Origin: Octopus bimaculoides
Taxonomy: Eukaryota
Direction of reading: 5' to 3'
Length of the DNA: 64,000 nt
Assembly (NCBI RefSeq): GCF_001194135.2
Contig: NC_068982.1
Location: forward strand, 179,713,071-179,777,070
The notes under the pieces were generated by a model. That model was not told the origin of the DNA and did no database searches. It worked only from the letters and a program-made list of their open reading frames with translations. The translations under genes were made by a program, and so were the position numbers. Positions 50,658 to 64,000 of this stretch are shown piece after piece; within the stretch, counting starts at the first letter, position 1; each line of letters begins with the position of its first letter.

Positions 50658-51065
50658 GGCGCAGGAGTGGCTGTGTGGTAAGTAGCTTGCTTACCAACCA
50701 CATGGTTCCAGGTTCAGTCCCATTGCGTGGCACCTTGGGCAAGTGTCTACTATAGCTTTAGGCCGATCAAAGCCTTGTGAGTGCATTTGGTAGACGGAAA
50801 CTGAAAGAAGCCCGTCGTATATGTATATATATATATGTATATGTGTGTGTGTGTGTGTGTCTGTGTTTGTCCTCCTAACATTGCTTGACAACCGATGCTG
50901 GTGTATTTATGTCCCCATCACTTAGCGGTTCGGCAAAAGAGACCGATAGAATAAGTACTAGGCTTACAAAGAATAAGTCCTGGGGTCGATTTGCTCGACT
51001 AAAGGCGGTGCTCCAGCATGGTCACAGTCAAATGGCTGAAACAAGTAAAAAGAGTAGAAGAGAGT
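50658..51065 (+). mobile_element. tRNA-derived SINE, family B, near full-length
   Basis: Head ggcgcaggagtggctgtgtggtaagtagc...ggttcagtccc (A/B-box-like), internal (TA)/(TG) microsatellite and 3' ...gtgctccagcatggtcacagtcaaatggctgaaacaagtaaaa. Decayed copies at about 4905-5250, 25030-25190, 45620-45760 (+) and 26600-26790, 57355-57500, 63095-63225 (-). Confidence 0.85.
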
Positions 51066-52766
51066 AAACTATTCTGTATGAAGACTTCTTCAGAATTACT
51101 ACCCTCTTAGATGGCTACCAAGCAATGATGTTTCCTGTATATATTTTATATTTATATTTGATTTTTGGCATGGTTTCTATGATTTAGATGCCTTCACATC
51201 ACTAACTTACTTTACAATGTACTATGTAAAATATATCGACATAAATTTTTCTGTGTGTGAGTTGGAAATAAAAGTTTGTGTGTATGTGCACATGCATGTA
51301 TGTGCGTTAAAAAGATAGTTTTAAGTAAAAGCCACAAAAATCCCAATGTTATGTTATGCATAAGCAAACTAAAATGATTACACTTGCTGGCCTCTGTTAT
51401 GTGTATATAACCAGCATTGTTGCAAATAATAACAAAACAACAGTATAATAATTCAAAGACCAACCTCAGTGAATTTAAAATGAAGTCTTTTTAAAGGAAA
51501 ACAATGTTTTTCAATTAGCTTGTTTTCTCTAGAGAATTCTTTGGTGAGTGTGATTAAACTACTGTAATGGGAGCCAGTACTAAAACTGTCAGATAAGAAC
51601 TAGTAGAGCCGAGACTGACTTGTTTAGATGGTACAAGTGCTATGAGAAGCCGAGCAAGGAAGAGAGATTATACAGCTGCCTTAATCATCTCTACAAAGAC
51701 TTCTAACAGAATTCAACCAATAGAAGTGTAAGTTATGAATCGACAATCAAAACCAAACACATACAAATGAGGTAAATGAGTATGCTGTGTATTCAATACA
51801 TTAGGCAGGATGAGTAATTAAATAATGCATATTTTCCATCAAGTTTATTATGCATGTTTAATATCTGTTATTTATTTAAAAGTTTCCAGTTTTTGTTAAT
51901 CTTTAGCAAATTACAAATCTAAAAAAAAAAATTTTTTTAAAAGTGAAGTTGTGAAAATATACTCTACATTTCTGAATGGTTAACACAAGTCGCACAAATA
52001 TGCATCAAAATTGTTTCATTAAATATATTCTTAGAAAACACTGACTGAGAGGTGGGACACTATTAGTAAGTTATAATGCTGTGGACACATTGTGCAAGTG
52101 GATAATCTAAACAGGTAAGGAGACAAATCAATGGATTATGAAAGAGATAATATAAACAAACTACAATATAAGTTTAAAATGAACAGGGCAGCAAAATTGT
52201 AAGTGTTAACCATCATTTATCATCTCATCAAAGCGACAACTGTCCTTCCACTTCCGGATACTCCTGTTCTTAACAGGTACTAACCCTATATAAAGCTTAA
52301 ATGAGAGCCACAATGCAATGCTGCTGCTAGTAGACATGCTATGTTGCCTCCTTACAAAAAGCACATTTGACTGATCAAATCATTAACCTACAAACTGTCC
52401 CCTCATTCTTGTTTTTTTTAACTGCTACAACAGTAACCTCTGATCATCTAATTCTTCCTCCTCAAAATATCAACTCTTTGAAATTCTCACTCAGCTTAAG
52501 TTTTCCCTGCAGATGTCAATTTTCAGTTTTGTTCAAGAGAGAATCAACTGTATGATCTCACTGATTTCAGAAGGCCTGCTAAGGTCACGGCACAGATTCT
52601 ACTTCTCCACCAAACCCCTAACAAAAAAAACTGGCATTGGAATACAGAAACACTGCTAGAGATAGTGAGGAACTGCTTAGGAAGTGAAACGACTGAGACA
52701 ATCTAAATTAGCATAAAACAGAAATTATTTAGAGAATTATTCTTTAAATCAGCCTTGCATGCTTTA

Positions 52767-52767
<1 letters not shown>

Positions 52768-52829
<62 letters not shown>
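52768..52829. repeat. (CA)n microsatellite
   Basis: Read directly. Others: (AT)n 1-35 and 31676-31711, (GT)n 18291-18335, (CT)n 24144-24163, (AC)n 27041-27095, (ATT)n 38281-38323. Confidence 0.98.
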
Positions 52830-52831
<2 letters not shown>

Positions 52832-53925
52832 AAATTAAGCTCCTAGCATGAACATATCAATAAAACAAATATAAAAAGAACAATATACCAAAGAGAATTA
52901 TACTAAGAGTAAGTTTCATTATTTATAATTAATTCATCACTAAATAGTCTTAAAATCAAATTTTTCAAAGTATCAATCTTCTCATTAATTATAAAAATCT
53001 AACATTAGAATTAGTCTTTCAACAACAAAGTAAAGAAAAAATATTTCAATGTGAAATTTAATGATTGTTAAAACTAATATTTTCTCTTTAAGTTATATTT
53101 TAAATAGAATTTGTATTAGTGTAATAAAAACAAAAAAGATTTGTTGCTGCAATTAAAAAGTCTGACTGAAAATATTGTTACATTTTAATTATTATGGTTC
53201 GTCTAACTACTTATCCCATTATCTTAGCTCATATAACTACTCAGTAGCAATGGTACAATACTGATTGTTCAAGAGAGCAAAATATAATAGAAATAGTGTA
53301 GTGCTAAACAATTTCAATAAAAATATAAGTAAATATGCTTGTATTAAAAGCTACTTGATGTCAAGAGTAATGCATTGGTAATCCTGGGAGGAAAGTTTGT
53401 CAAACAAGAACATTTGAGTGTGGTTTAGATACTAATAGCTGAGGTTCTTGAAATCATCATAGTAAAACAAAAATTTTTGTTTGACTCAATTTTATCTAAA
53501 ATGAAGATTAACTTTCATCACAAAATAGCTCAGCTTTGCTAAATTTTTTAAAAAGAGAAATCTAGTTGAACTTTGACTGCATGGCACATTTGAGATAAAT
53601 AAACAAATAAAAAGAGTAGTAAGCATTATCACCATTTTTTTACAAAGCTGACAGCACTTGAGCAGTACATTTTGAAGTGATGATTTAAAGGTTAATTGCC
53701 TTTTCTGATACATTTTAGTAACCTCCTATATCACACAAGAATATGATTAAAACTAGGATAAACATGGTCTAGGCATCAGAATGTTTCAATTAAAGATTCA
53801 TTAAAACTGGCAGCAGAAGACTCAAATGTAGTTGCTTGGCTATATTGAGACTTCTGTTCCTTCAAATTACATCCCACAATCTTAATAATAAAGGAGACAT
53901 CAGACAATGCAGGCCTGACATTAAA

Positions 53926-54560
53926 AACCCTGCTTGTGAAGACCTGTTGAGGGAAGTGAATTTGCAATTTGGAATTTGAAATCTGAAATCGAACTGAATC
54001 CGACGACTGGCACCCATGCCAACCTCTCTTTCATTGGACACTAAACTCTGCTTGCGAAGACCTGTTGGGGCAAGTGAAATCATAATTGAACCATACTCGA
54101 TGACCGGCACCTGTGCCAGTGGAGCACTAACAGCACTGTCTGAGCATGTTCATTGCCAGAGCAGCTGTCTGGCTTCCGTGCTAGTGGCCCGTAAATAGCA
54201 CCATTTGAGCGTGTTCATTACCAGCATTGCCTTCTAGGACTTGTGCTGGTGGCACGTTAGAAAATCATTCTGAGCGAGGTCGTTGCCAGTGCCGCTGGAC
54301 TGGCTCCTGTGCAGGTGGCACATAAAAAACACCTTTTTGAGCGTGGTCGTTGCCAGTACCGTGTGACTGGCTCTCATACCAGTGGCACGTAAAAGCACCC
54401 ACTACACTCTCGGAGTGGTTGGCGTTAGGAAGGGCATCCAGCTGTAGAAACTCTGCCAGATCAGATTGGAGCCTGGTGCAGCCTTCTGCATTGCCAATCT
54501 TCAGTCAAATCGTCCAACCCATGCTAGCATGGAAAGTGGATGTTAAACGATGATGATGAT
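53926..54560 (+). mobile_element. Longest copy of the (ATG)n-tailed retroelement family
   Basis: Duplicated ctgcttg(t/c)gaagacctgttg.ggc?aagtgaa 5' segment, internal repeat units, shared 3' end and (GAT)n tail. Confidence 0.9.
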
Positions 54561-55419
54561 CATGGCTGAATTTGCTTAATTAGAGTAAACATTGAGCTAA
54601 ACATCTGACAACAACAAAAATATACATAACACTTTCATTGCTTTCTGAAAGAAGTTTCACAAAACAATTTTAAGGGCTTTCTTAATTCTTCTGGCTTTTA
54701 ATTTTTATTGAAAAATATGACGAGACAGTTTGACAGAGAGTGAGGCCAAACTGATTTGTTAGAAATAACAACAAAAGACAAATGAAAGGAAAACATAGAA
54801 GACAATTCTGAATATAGTATGTATATTAGAAAACGAATGGAGACAGTTACAGTTAGAACATTGGCTGAATGACAGAAAATAAAACACCAAACACATTGAC
54901 CAATATTCCAGGAAGCATAAAATAATCTGGAATGCTGAATGTAGGTCATCACATTTGAACAGTTTCTTATAAACTACAGAACAAAATTTCACAACTTAAT
55001 ACAAGCTAATAGACCTGTAACAAGAATAAAAGAAAAGGGGATTACACAGAATAGGGGCTATTAGAGAAATAGAAAGATGGTATGAAAATGTGGTTCAAGG
55101 ATAAGAATTTACAAATGATTTTGGCTACAATATAAAACAAACCTATTGATCAAGTTAGTTTTTGGAAATTAATTCTACAGGATTTGTGCCATCTTAAATC
55201 TTATGTCATAAACACAGAAAGTACATATGGGAGCAACCACCTTTAGCAATACTCTAGTCAACACTATACCCACACATCTATCTCTAAGAAATCCATGTTT
55301 TGTGATGCAGCCTACCATCAAATAGTAATAAGCAACTGAGTTTCTTTAAAACATTACTACAACAGCTGTGTGTATGTATTCATTCAAGGGGAGACAATAG
55401 AAAGCATGTATGTTCATAT

Positions 55420-55640
55420 GAAGAGGGTCAGCAAGTGTATATGCCCATTTAATGGACACCAACAGTGTATATATGTCAAGGTGGAGACCTATAGCAGTGA
55501 GTATATATGTAACGCAAGAAAATGACAGTATTTATATGCACGTCTAAAGAGATAAGATGGGTATGTGCAACAGCAGTGTGTGTATATATCCATCTACGAA
55601 GAAGTAACAGCAGCATATATATAACCATCTAAGGAGGAAC
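55420..55640. repeat. Very degenerate ~35-40-bp minisatellite
   Basis: Recurring (a)cagcagtg(t/a)gtatatat(g/c)...catcta..ga(a/g)ga motifs. Confidence 0.45.
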
Positions 55641-55917
55641 GAATGTCAGTTATACAAATGAAGTGGCAGTATATTAGTGTTAACTAAGTTGTAGGAAGCA
55701 TAACTAAAATGTGATTTTTTTGTGGTGGTGGGGAAGGCAGTTACAAGAAAGCTATATACTTGATCAAAATATGCATAACATATGAATTATTATGGTGACC
55801 TACATAATAAATCATTTAATTAAACTTAAAATTTTTAAGTAAACAGCAATATTGCCTTTCATATTCCCAAGTACCAGCCTTGTAAATTACAACCTCCCCC
55901 TCCCCCCCACAATTCTC

Positions 55918-56600
55918 CTCACCATCATCATTTAACATCCATGTTTCATGAGCTTGATGCAACAGGTCCAAGGACCACATCATGCTCCAATGTCTGTTTT
56001 GGTATGGTTTCTATGGTTTTCCTAACGCCAACCACTTTACAGCATGTACTAGATGTTTCTGTGGTACTGGTACTAGTGAAGCTGCCATGTAGCTTGCAAG
56101 ACTAAAGAGAAGTTGCAGTAGATAGGGTGTGGCTTTATGCTAAGAGGATGAAAGAAACTTTGAGGAGCCAGAACTTACTGTAGAGCAAACTACATAGCTA
56201 CTCACATGATAGAAAAGAGGATAGAGCTGGAAAGGGATAAAATAACTGTAATGAGGTGTCAGAATGGACACTCAAGATAGAAGGTAAGTAGAGGTGAGGA
56301 AAGGAGAACAAAGAGTGCAGGTGAGTAGTGGTTTCTAAAGGTGTAAGGCAGAGTAAGATATGCCAATTGAGGTATGGGTGAATGCTAAGGAACAGGTTTT
56401 GAGGACTAAGTAGGGAAGAGTAGAAAACAACTGTAGAAATGGGTGGATGTAACCAACAGGGTGCTGAAATGGGAGGTGCAGAAAGGATAGAAAATGATGG
56501 ACAGGGCAGAAAAAGGAGGTGAAGAGCAGTAAAACAGCAATAACGAGAGTGGATAAAGGAAAGGTGAGAGAGATGTGGTTGACAGTGATTAATGTTTTAA
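55918..56600 (-). mobile_element. Older element with a C/T-rich body and shared tail, inverted
   Basis: Starts catcatcatttaacatccatg...ttcctaacgccaaccactttac, then a long purine-rich (plus-strand) body. A further tail fragment lies at 56655-56750. Confidence 0.6.
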
Positions 56601-59600
56601 GTCAGTGGAGAGGAGAGTACTATTAATAAAGAATGGAAAATAAGTGAAATGCTTCATCATCATCATCATTGCTTGACATTAGGTTTCCATGCTGGAATGG
56701 GTTGGGTGGTTTGACATAGAGCTGTCCAGACTCCAGTTGTCTGTTAAGTACATGTATAACTTGAAAGTTGATCTTAAATCCCATCATAGATACACACAAG
56801 CACACAATTCACTCTTAACTACATACACTGAGCAAGACACCTACAAACAATATGGCTTTCCATGCAAGTCTGCTATGGATCCATTTCACTATTATTGTTG
56901 ACCAGTTTGACCCTATTTGCAACTATATTTTTATTCCCAAATATCAATTGGTTTTTGATTCCTGTCTATATTCAAAATCATTCTCATCCTTTTTTTTTTT
57001 TTTGTTGCTATCATGCCTCCATAGGGACTCGCTATTTGTTGTAGTCCTTATTCACCTGGGACAAAGCAACAGAGAAAAACTAAATAATTGTCATTGTGTA
57101 TGTCATGGTTTTGTTTCTTTTCTTACAGTTAAATATGCTAACATCCACTACTTTACAGTATGGCCAGGAGCGAATTTATGACACCAGCACTAGGGAGGAC
57201 TAAAGAATCCTCGACCCATAATCGGAGTTACAGTTCCTCCTTTTTTGTTAGGATTAAGTTAGAAGAAGAAAGGGCAGTACCCACAATTTTCAGGGTTTAA
57301 AAACTTAGTGGGAATGGACCAAACAAATCAAGCCTACCACTCAACAATGTGCTTTTACGCACTTTCCATTTACCAAATCTTCACATGTTATAAATCAATC
57401 CAATACGATAATAGAAGACATTTACCCAGGTTGGTGGGCTGAGGAATCCACCCCAAAGCATATAGTTGTGAAGTAAACTTAACAAAACAGCCCTACCTGC
57501 AATCTAGCTTACAGAGCCTTTTCCAGAATGTAAACACACATACTGAAGTTGAACTATAACTATTCCTTTCATATCAGTCTTAACTTTTTTTTGAAAGCAA
57601 TTATACTGAATTCCTAAGGCACAGTAAGTAGTGTTTTTGTTTACTTAACTTTCAACACAGCTTCTTCAATCAGGGGACACATGATTTTGGTAAAGTTCAA
57701 AACTACATAGTTTGGGGTTTCACCCACGACTCAACACACATATGCTACTATAATGACCTAAGTTAAATAATGCAAAAGACCACTCTAAGCAGAGAGCCAT
57801 TCACATGAAAGCATGACTTGATAGCATATACTATGCTTTAGCTGCTTGTATGACCAAGACACCCTCTCAGGCCTCCTAATCATGGCCCACTGGAAGAGCT
57901 GGAGATAGGGCTGCACCAGCACAAATTGTTATATTTCAGCTGAGTAGAGTGGTAGAACATGAAAATGGAGTGATCTGATCACAAAGACAATGTACTCTCA
58001 GGTTCAGGTCCATGAGTCCAACACAAAAACCACAAGACCATGTGCCTTCACATTCAATAAAATACTGAATACATTTACTTATGAAGTAGAGTATTACTTT
58101 TATTTGGATACTGGCTCTATGACTATACCAACAGGTTCAAGTTCCTATCAAAACTTAAAACAACAGATTCAATCTTAGAACCGGTATTAAAATGTGTGTG
58201 TGTGTGTGTGTTGGCAAATGATGTGAACAAAACAAGAAAACCAAAATGTGGCATATTGTGGTGTTTGTTCTACATTGAGTTACAGGTACTCCATTGTCAG
58301 AATTGTAGTGCAAAATGCTACTGTTCCCAAATATGACTTCAACTACATCAATTCAGTAACATTTCTAATAAGACTAAACTGCTAAGAAATACAGTTATCA
58401 TAATTTTTGAAGCATCAATAAAATGTCTCTTAGAGCATTCTAACAAATGCCTAACTGAGAATTAGAACATTTTCAATGCTTTACAATTAACTGTGACTAT
58501 TACATAAAAGAGACTTCTTGATATAATGTTGCTTTTGTCAGGTAGTGACTAGCACGTTTACTCAGTTCCCACAGAATTACATGATAGGGAGGGTATAAGC
58601 ATGATAGCCACTGCATGATAAAAGCAACAGAAGGTTAAGCTTGGAATAACAATAATTGTACTGTCAGGGTTGATAGCTCACTAATATTCGCATCACACAG
58701 TTTTACAACAGAAACAAAAATAAAACAGCAGTAAACAGTTTTCTGGACAAACAAATAGCTATGCTTGTTGATTAAATGATAGGTCAGTGAAGAATCACCT
58801 TATAGCATCATGAAGAACTACTTAAGAAACACATGGTGCAGTGAAACCAGTTATAATCAAGTATATAAGGTATCATAAATAAAACATATCTTGTCAGAAC
58901 TAATACTATTGAAAGTTTTCACAAGTCCTGGTCATGACAACTTATCTACCACCACTAAATTATATGGCATTCAATTGATATCCTAAGTATGATAAAGTAT
59001 TATAACTGATTATTATTCTTAGGAAATTCCAGCATAACAAATTATATAGAACACATGCAGTCAACATACATATTATCAAGACATGCAGTCAATATTATAT
59101 TGTGAATCCCTAAGAACATGTAGCCTTCATATAAGATCCGCATCTATGGAGAATACCAGTGTGTGGTTTAGTTTATACTGAAGAATCTGTTACAAATAAG
59201 TTTGCTCATGATCTTGGTTCAAGCAGGGAATTCAGGACAACAACAAGTAGCCATCTGTTGCAGCCTTCATCAGCTGGTGAAAGTATGTGACCCACATACA
59301 ACTGTTTGTTCTGTTGGACTTTAAGCTTCACTGACACACTGGCAAGAGAGGTTAGCATTAGGTCTTCAAGTCTTTGGAGAGAAACAACAGTGTCTCCATA
59401 AGAGGTTGTCTCTCACGAGCTACATACATCATACATCATGTACAGATGTTAGCATGCAATGTTTGACTAATATTTGTTTACTGGAGGTTGTGCATGTGAG
59501 AGCATGCTCAATACAAGAAAGCATAACTTTTGTCTACATAGTAAAGTGAGCATTCTTATACATGAATCTTTCATAAAATAACAGGTCTAAATAATGAGAA

Positions 59601-62600
59601 GGCCTTTTTCTATAATTAATACTAATGGGTTGTCAATACTAGACAATAACTAAGTTATCCTGAATACAATACATTAAAAACAAAAATCCATGGATATAAT
59701 TTTGCTGGTGAAACTTAATAAACAGGGTGTGCCTCTAATTCTTCTGTTGAAAACTGTACATATAAATATGATTAGAGTTAAGTCTTTGTTTATTATATTT
59801 ATGATAAGCAACTTATCAACTAGAATAGATTAGTCAGGATAAAATTAATCAGATTTCTGAAGGATGAACACACAACAAAGGCTGGTTTATATAGGAAAAG
59901 TTGAAGCCTAAATCATCTCCATCAAAAATAAAATCCTATTAAAAAAATATTAATTCAAAATTTGCTTAATAGTATAAGTTAGAGGGGGAAAAAAAGTTAT
60001 AATAACCTTTCGTTGCTATAGACTTCACCAAAATCACTAGAAGAAAAACAGAAAAAAAAAAGATTAAAAGGTGTGTTCATCAGTAAAGTACACTAAAACA
60101 TCAAATAATATTAAAACAAAATTAAATAGCTTGGCACGAAACACCTAACTACAATACTTAGTTTGAAACATTCAATTACAAATTTCCTTTAATTCAAATA
60201 ATTAGTAAATATTTTCAAAAACACATGCTTTCTTTGACAACAAAAATATTTCAGTTGTGTATGTCTGAGTGTGGTAGTGAAAAATCAATAATACTTTCAG
60301 TAACTTCATGTAACTTTTTCTTTGTTCAGTATTTTGTGTACAATCAGAGATATTTGTCTATGCTCTATAAGAGTAGAAATAAAACAGAGTTTCACAGGAA
60401 AATAGTACAAAAATAACTTGTTTCGTATTCTCATTTTAACGTCTACCTTCTTTCCTTCTAATTATTGAAGTATTCAATTATTAAAGTTTACTTAGAATTT
60501 ACTCAAATTAATACTTCAGTATGAATTAATTTCTAATTTAGCATGAAATAAATTTTTTTTAATCTTCCTTTGTAGAAAATAGTTTATCCAAATACATCCT
60601 CCTTTAACTACTTGGAAAATGTAATCATAAAAATGACTTTAGTTATATTTAAGAATATTTACTATTCATTAAGATAATTCTCACTATGTCATAAACGATT
60701 ATTAGAAAGACAGAAAAAAAAATATTTGATTAACAAGTGGTATGAAGAAAGATAATTTGTACATAGGTATTCAAGGAAACTGAATAAAGGTTTGCTAATG
60801 TTTAGAATTCATACTAAAGCAGATGGAAGCTGATGAAAATTTATAGAATGCATATAACAGGAATAAAATGAATGCACAGATTAGGGAGAAAAAATAGTGG
60901 TACTTGAAAATCAACAGGTGATATTTAAAATATCAAAGAATTTTTTATACAGCATTGAGAAAAGGGAATTTGTTTTGTAAAAAAAAAAAAGAGTTCAGTG
61001 TAAAATATTCAACTAATCTAATTAGTTGCATAAATGTGTATAAACAATAGCATGGAATTAGAAACTTTCAATTTAAGTAGGTTAAGATGTTAAGAACCAT
61101 TTTCAATGTTAAGAATTTTCAAAATGAGTTCTGAGAAAACAACCAACTTTCTCCAAGGAACTCCTTGTTTTTGCACTAACAAGTTTTCAATCAAATATTA
61201 AAATCCTGCAGTAGACATTTATCGAGAAGCAATCACAAAAATACTATGTGATAAAAGGAGGGGAAAATGTTCAGTTACCAGTGGAAAACTCTGTAAATAA
61301 TTTTCTACGTAGAACTGACTACCATATTTCTTTATAGCAGCAGACAGGTCTGATCATGCTACTGTCGCTAAATTCACTCTGTTTACTTTCATTAACTGGG
61401 AACGCATTAACACAGTTAATTAAACTAATTATAGCTGGTGTTGTAATACTTTCAAAAGAACATGATACAAATGCAATGAATAATATGAAATTATATGGCA
61501 ACATTTGTTTCACTTTCTATAAAGTATGATTATGGCTGTATATTGAAGTAAAAGGGGCTAGGATAGAAAACAATGAGCAAAATAGTTGAACAGGGTTTTT
61601 ATAGGAGCTGAACTTTCAAAACTAATTCTAGACAAAAGCTACATCTTACAACTCACAACTAAACTGTATGAGTGGTACTTGTAACAATCAACAAGGGGTT
61701 AGGTTTATTCAGTTTTCAGGTCGAAATGTATTCCAACCACGACCACCCTGCTTTTTTGTATATGCACTATACTACACTGTTCAAGGTGTCCTTTACGAAA
61801 GATGGAAAGAGGTTTTGAGATTTCATTATTTCTAGCAGACCTCTCATAGCAGCATGGCCAGTTTGCATTTGCATTTCTACTGTGAGTATTGTTCATTATG
61901 GAGTTCACACCAAAACTTTATGTGCCTCCATTTGCAGATGTTAATCAATAGGTCATGCGTGTGTATAGCACGAGTTAGGAGAAAGAAGAGGGATAGTAGT
62001 GCCCATGACATCAGCAGGCTTACACTCCCACTGGTGAGATTAGATGTACAATGTGAATATTCGCAGGAAGAATGCAGCAGTGTAGAAGAAACTAGGGTGG
62101 TTTGACAGGGTAAAAAATGAGGTGGCTATGATGGAGATGCTAAATCCAGCAGTGTGTGTTACACTCAAGGCAATTCAAAAATCACTTGATCTTGTAAATA
62201 TTTTTTGTTTCCTTTAATTTGTTAAAACAATATCTATTGATATATTTCAGAAAAATGTCATTATCAAAAGATGTGAGACTATTCATCATCCTGAAAACAG
62301 CACGCTATACTAGTTAATTCTATTCATTTGTCTGGGCATACCTACTTCTTCAACTGCACAGAAGTAGTTCAGGAAGCTGGCAGCATGAGCAACAGAGCAA
62401 ATAGACAAGCTATCCTGGAATCTCTGAGCCATGGCAGTCAATGGAGGGAAACTGAGTGAATGCACTGGAGATTGGTTGAAGGCTGTGATGAAGAGGAGAG
62501 GCAACAGAAAGTAATCGAGAGGGTGTTAAGAGTTACATTAAGCTCAACTGACTGGCTGGTTCTTTAGGAGTTTCTTTTAATACTAAAAAGGACTTTTAGA

Positions 62601-63330
62601 TCACTGTGCAAGTGTGTGTGTGTGTGTGCATGTGTAAACAACAAGTGGTGGGAGTGCTTAATCCAGCAAGTGTTACATACCCACATATAGTTTTAGTATA
62701 AAAGTGTGTAAATATGCAACTATTAAGATTTAATTAGATGAATGTAATGTATTATAATACAAGAAAAGCAACTGAGAATGTCTGAATAAAATAAGAAATT
62801 AAAAATATTTTTTTCTATTATCTTAAATATATTATATATCCATATACACACGGTAGCATGTTAAAGTGAATTAGCATATCAGTTCCATTGCAAAAAAATA
62901 ACTCCCTAATTATTGCTTAGACTGCTGGGCCTTAACCTATAACATGTACATATATTATTACGTATGTGAATGGTTTGGTCAGAAGGAAAGAGGAAGTTAT
63001 CCTCAAACCAGAATCCTGGTCTGGATGATTGCAACAATCTAACTTTCACTAAATGTAATGAAAGGTGGCCAAACGATGCTTCTGATGGTCTGCCAGTTTT
63101 CTAACAAATTCCACTCACAAGGCTTTGGGTCAACTTGAAGCTACAGCAGAATCCACATGCCTCAGGTGTTGCGCAGTGGGGCCCAAAGATGAAATCAAAA
63201 TTGAGAAGTGAAGTTCTTAACCACATATAAAGTGAGAGAAAAAGAACTGTCCTTAAAAATATACAAGTGGGAAGATGATAAAAGCTACACTTGAGTTTGT
63301 TTAGGAAGAAACCAACTGTATGAAATTGTC

Positions 63331-63423
63331 CAAAATATCAAAGGTGCTTTAAGAAGCATGTTCAAAATATCAAAGGTGCTTTAAGAAGCATGTTCAAAAT
63401 ATCAAAGGTGCTTTAAGAAGCAT
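63331..63423. repeat. Perfect 32-bp tandem repeat, about 2.9 copies
   Basis: caaaatatcaaaggtgctttaagaagcatgtt starting at 63331, 63363 and 63395. Confidence 0.95.
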
Positions 63424-64000
63424 ACAGAAACACCAATTATAAGGAATTAATTAAAATAGTCAAGCACCTGAAATTANNNNNNNNNNAAGCATACAGAAAC
63501 ACCAATTATAAGGAATTAATTAAAATAGTCAAGCACCTGAAATTATCAACAATTTTTTACAGTATAAACTGTAGTACAAGAGATAAGTGGAGAAATTTAA
63601 TACATTTTCAAATGATTTTTTTTTGTTTTTGTTTGAGGAGCTTCAGAGCTCTGAAGAATGAAAATGAATTAGTCATTTGTTTCAAGTGAGAAGGTGACTT
63701 AGCAGATACCAGCAGTCGGCAGTACAATGCAACATCAAGAGATGCTATGTTATTTTGGCTGGCAATACTTTCTTTCTTAAGGTGGTGGCATGCAAAAGAG
63801 ACACAATAGGGCAAAATACGTGTAGCTATGAGACCTCAACATTTAAAACTTATAACTAGCAGATATTTTTACCAATGGTCATATTCAGGTTTTTGTGAAC
63901 CGGGGAAAAGTAGGGAGAGAACGGGAACAAAGTTAGAATGATGACCAATTCTGTCTTTGTTCAAAATGTGTCTAATACTACTACTAATCTTTTTATAATG

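Noticed and set aside
59241-59280. Minus-strand CUGAUGAAGGCUGCAACAG resembling a hammerhead start (also CTGATGA near 2151, 47154 and 60832)
   Set aside because: No GAAA after the putative stem II and no stem I; consistent with chance.
61700-62110. GC-richer block with short ORFs on both strands (also 59140-59520)
   Set aside because: No recognisable protein motif, splice pattern or TIR/TSD. Probably an old repeat, but I cannot assign it.
63418-63545. Exact 59-bp direct repeat
   Set aside because: The copies sit either side of a 10-N gap, typical of unmerged contig overlap, so probably an assembly artefact.

Overview
AT-rich animal genomic DNA from a gapped scaffold. It is most likely an octopod cephalopod, inferred from repeat families I recall from Octopus and from the protein sequence; I did not confirm this by database search. 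The only protein-coding gene I can support is a CELF1/2-subfamily (CUGBP/Bruno) RNA-binding protein gene on the minus strand. I reconstructed nine coding exons by hand with GT-AG junctions and consistent phases (39374-39205, 32227-32145, 19346-19298, 8819-8688, 5485-5406, 4603-4466, 4372-4288, 3486-3415, 1661-1458). They give 1009 nt from the ATG at 39370, encoding RRM1, RRM2 and a Gly/Ala/Ser-rich divergent linker. RRM3 and the 3' end lie beyond position 1, and at least one upstream exon is not identified. The rest is intron filled with tRNA-derived SINEs, a young (ATG)n-tailed retroelement family, decayed LINE fragments (CR1/L2/Jockey-like RT; R4/Dong-like endonuclease), hAT-Charlie elements and a piggyBac-like MITE with TSDs, mini- and microsatellites, and N gaps. 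Nearly all ORFs in the supplied track are spurious. The most interesting observations are: (1) a minimal type I hammerhead-ribozyme-like fold with an unusual U6 core in a Penelope-like short element that ends in (TA)n, with a decayed sister copy in sense orientation to the CELF pre-mRNA; (2) a ~195-bp, ~94% identical inverted SINE pair in intron 1, a candidate dsRNA/ADAR substrate; (3) several splice-level features of the CELF gene: a candidate 12-nt microexon, three in-frame tandem donors, a possible chimeric RRM1/2 isoform and an AG|GTAAGT site behind a UG tract.
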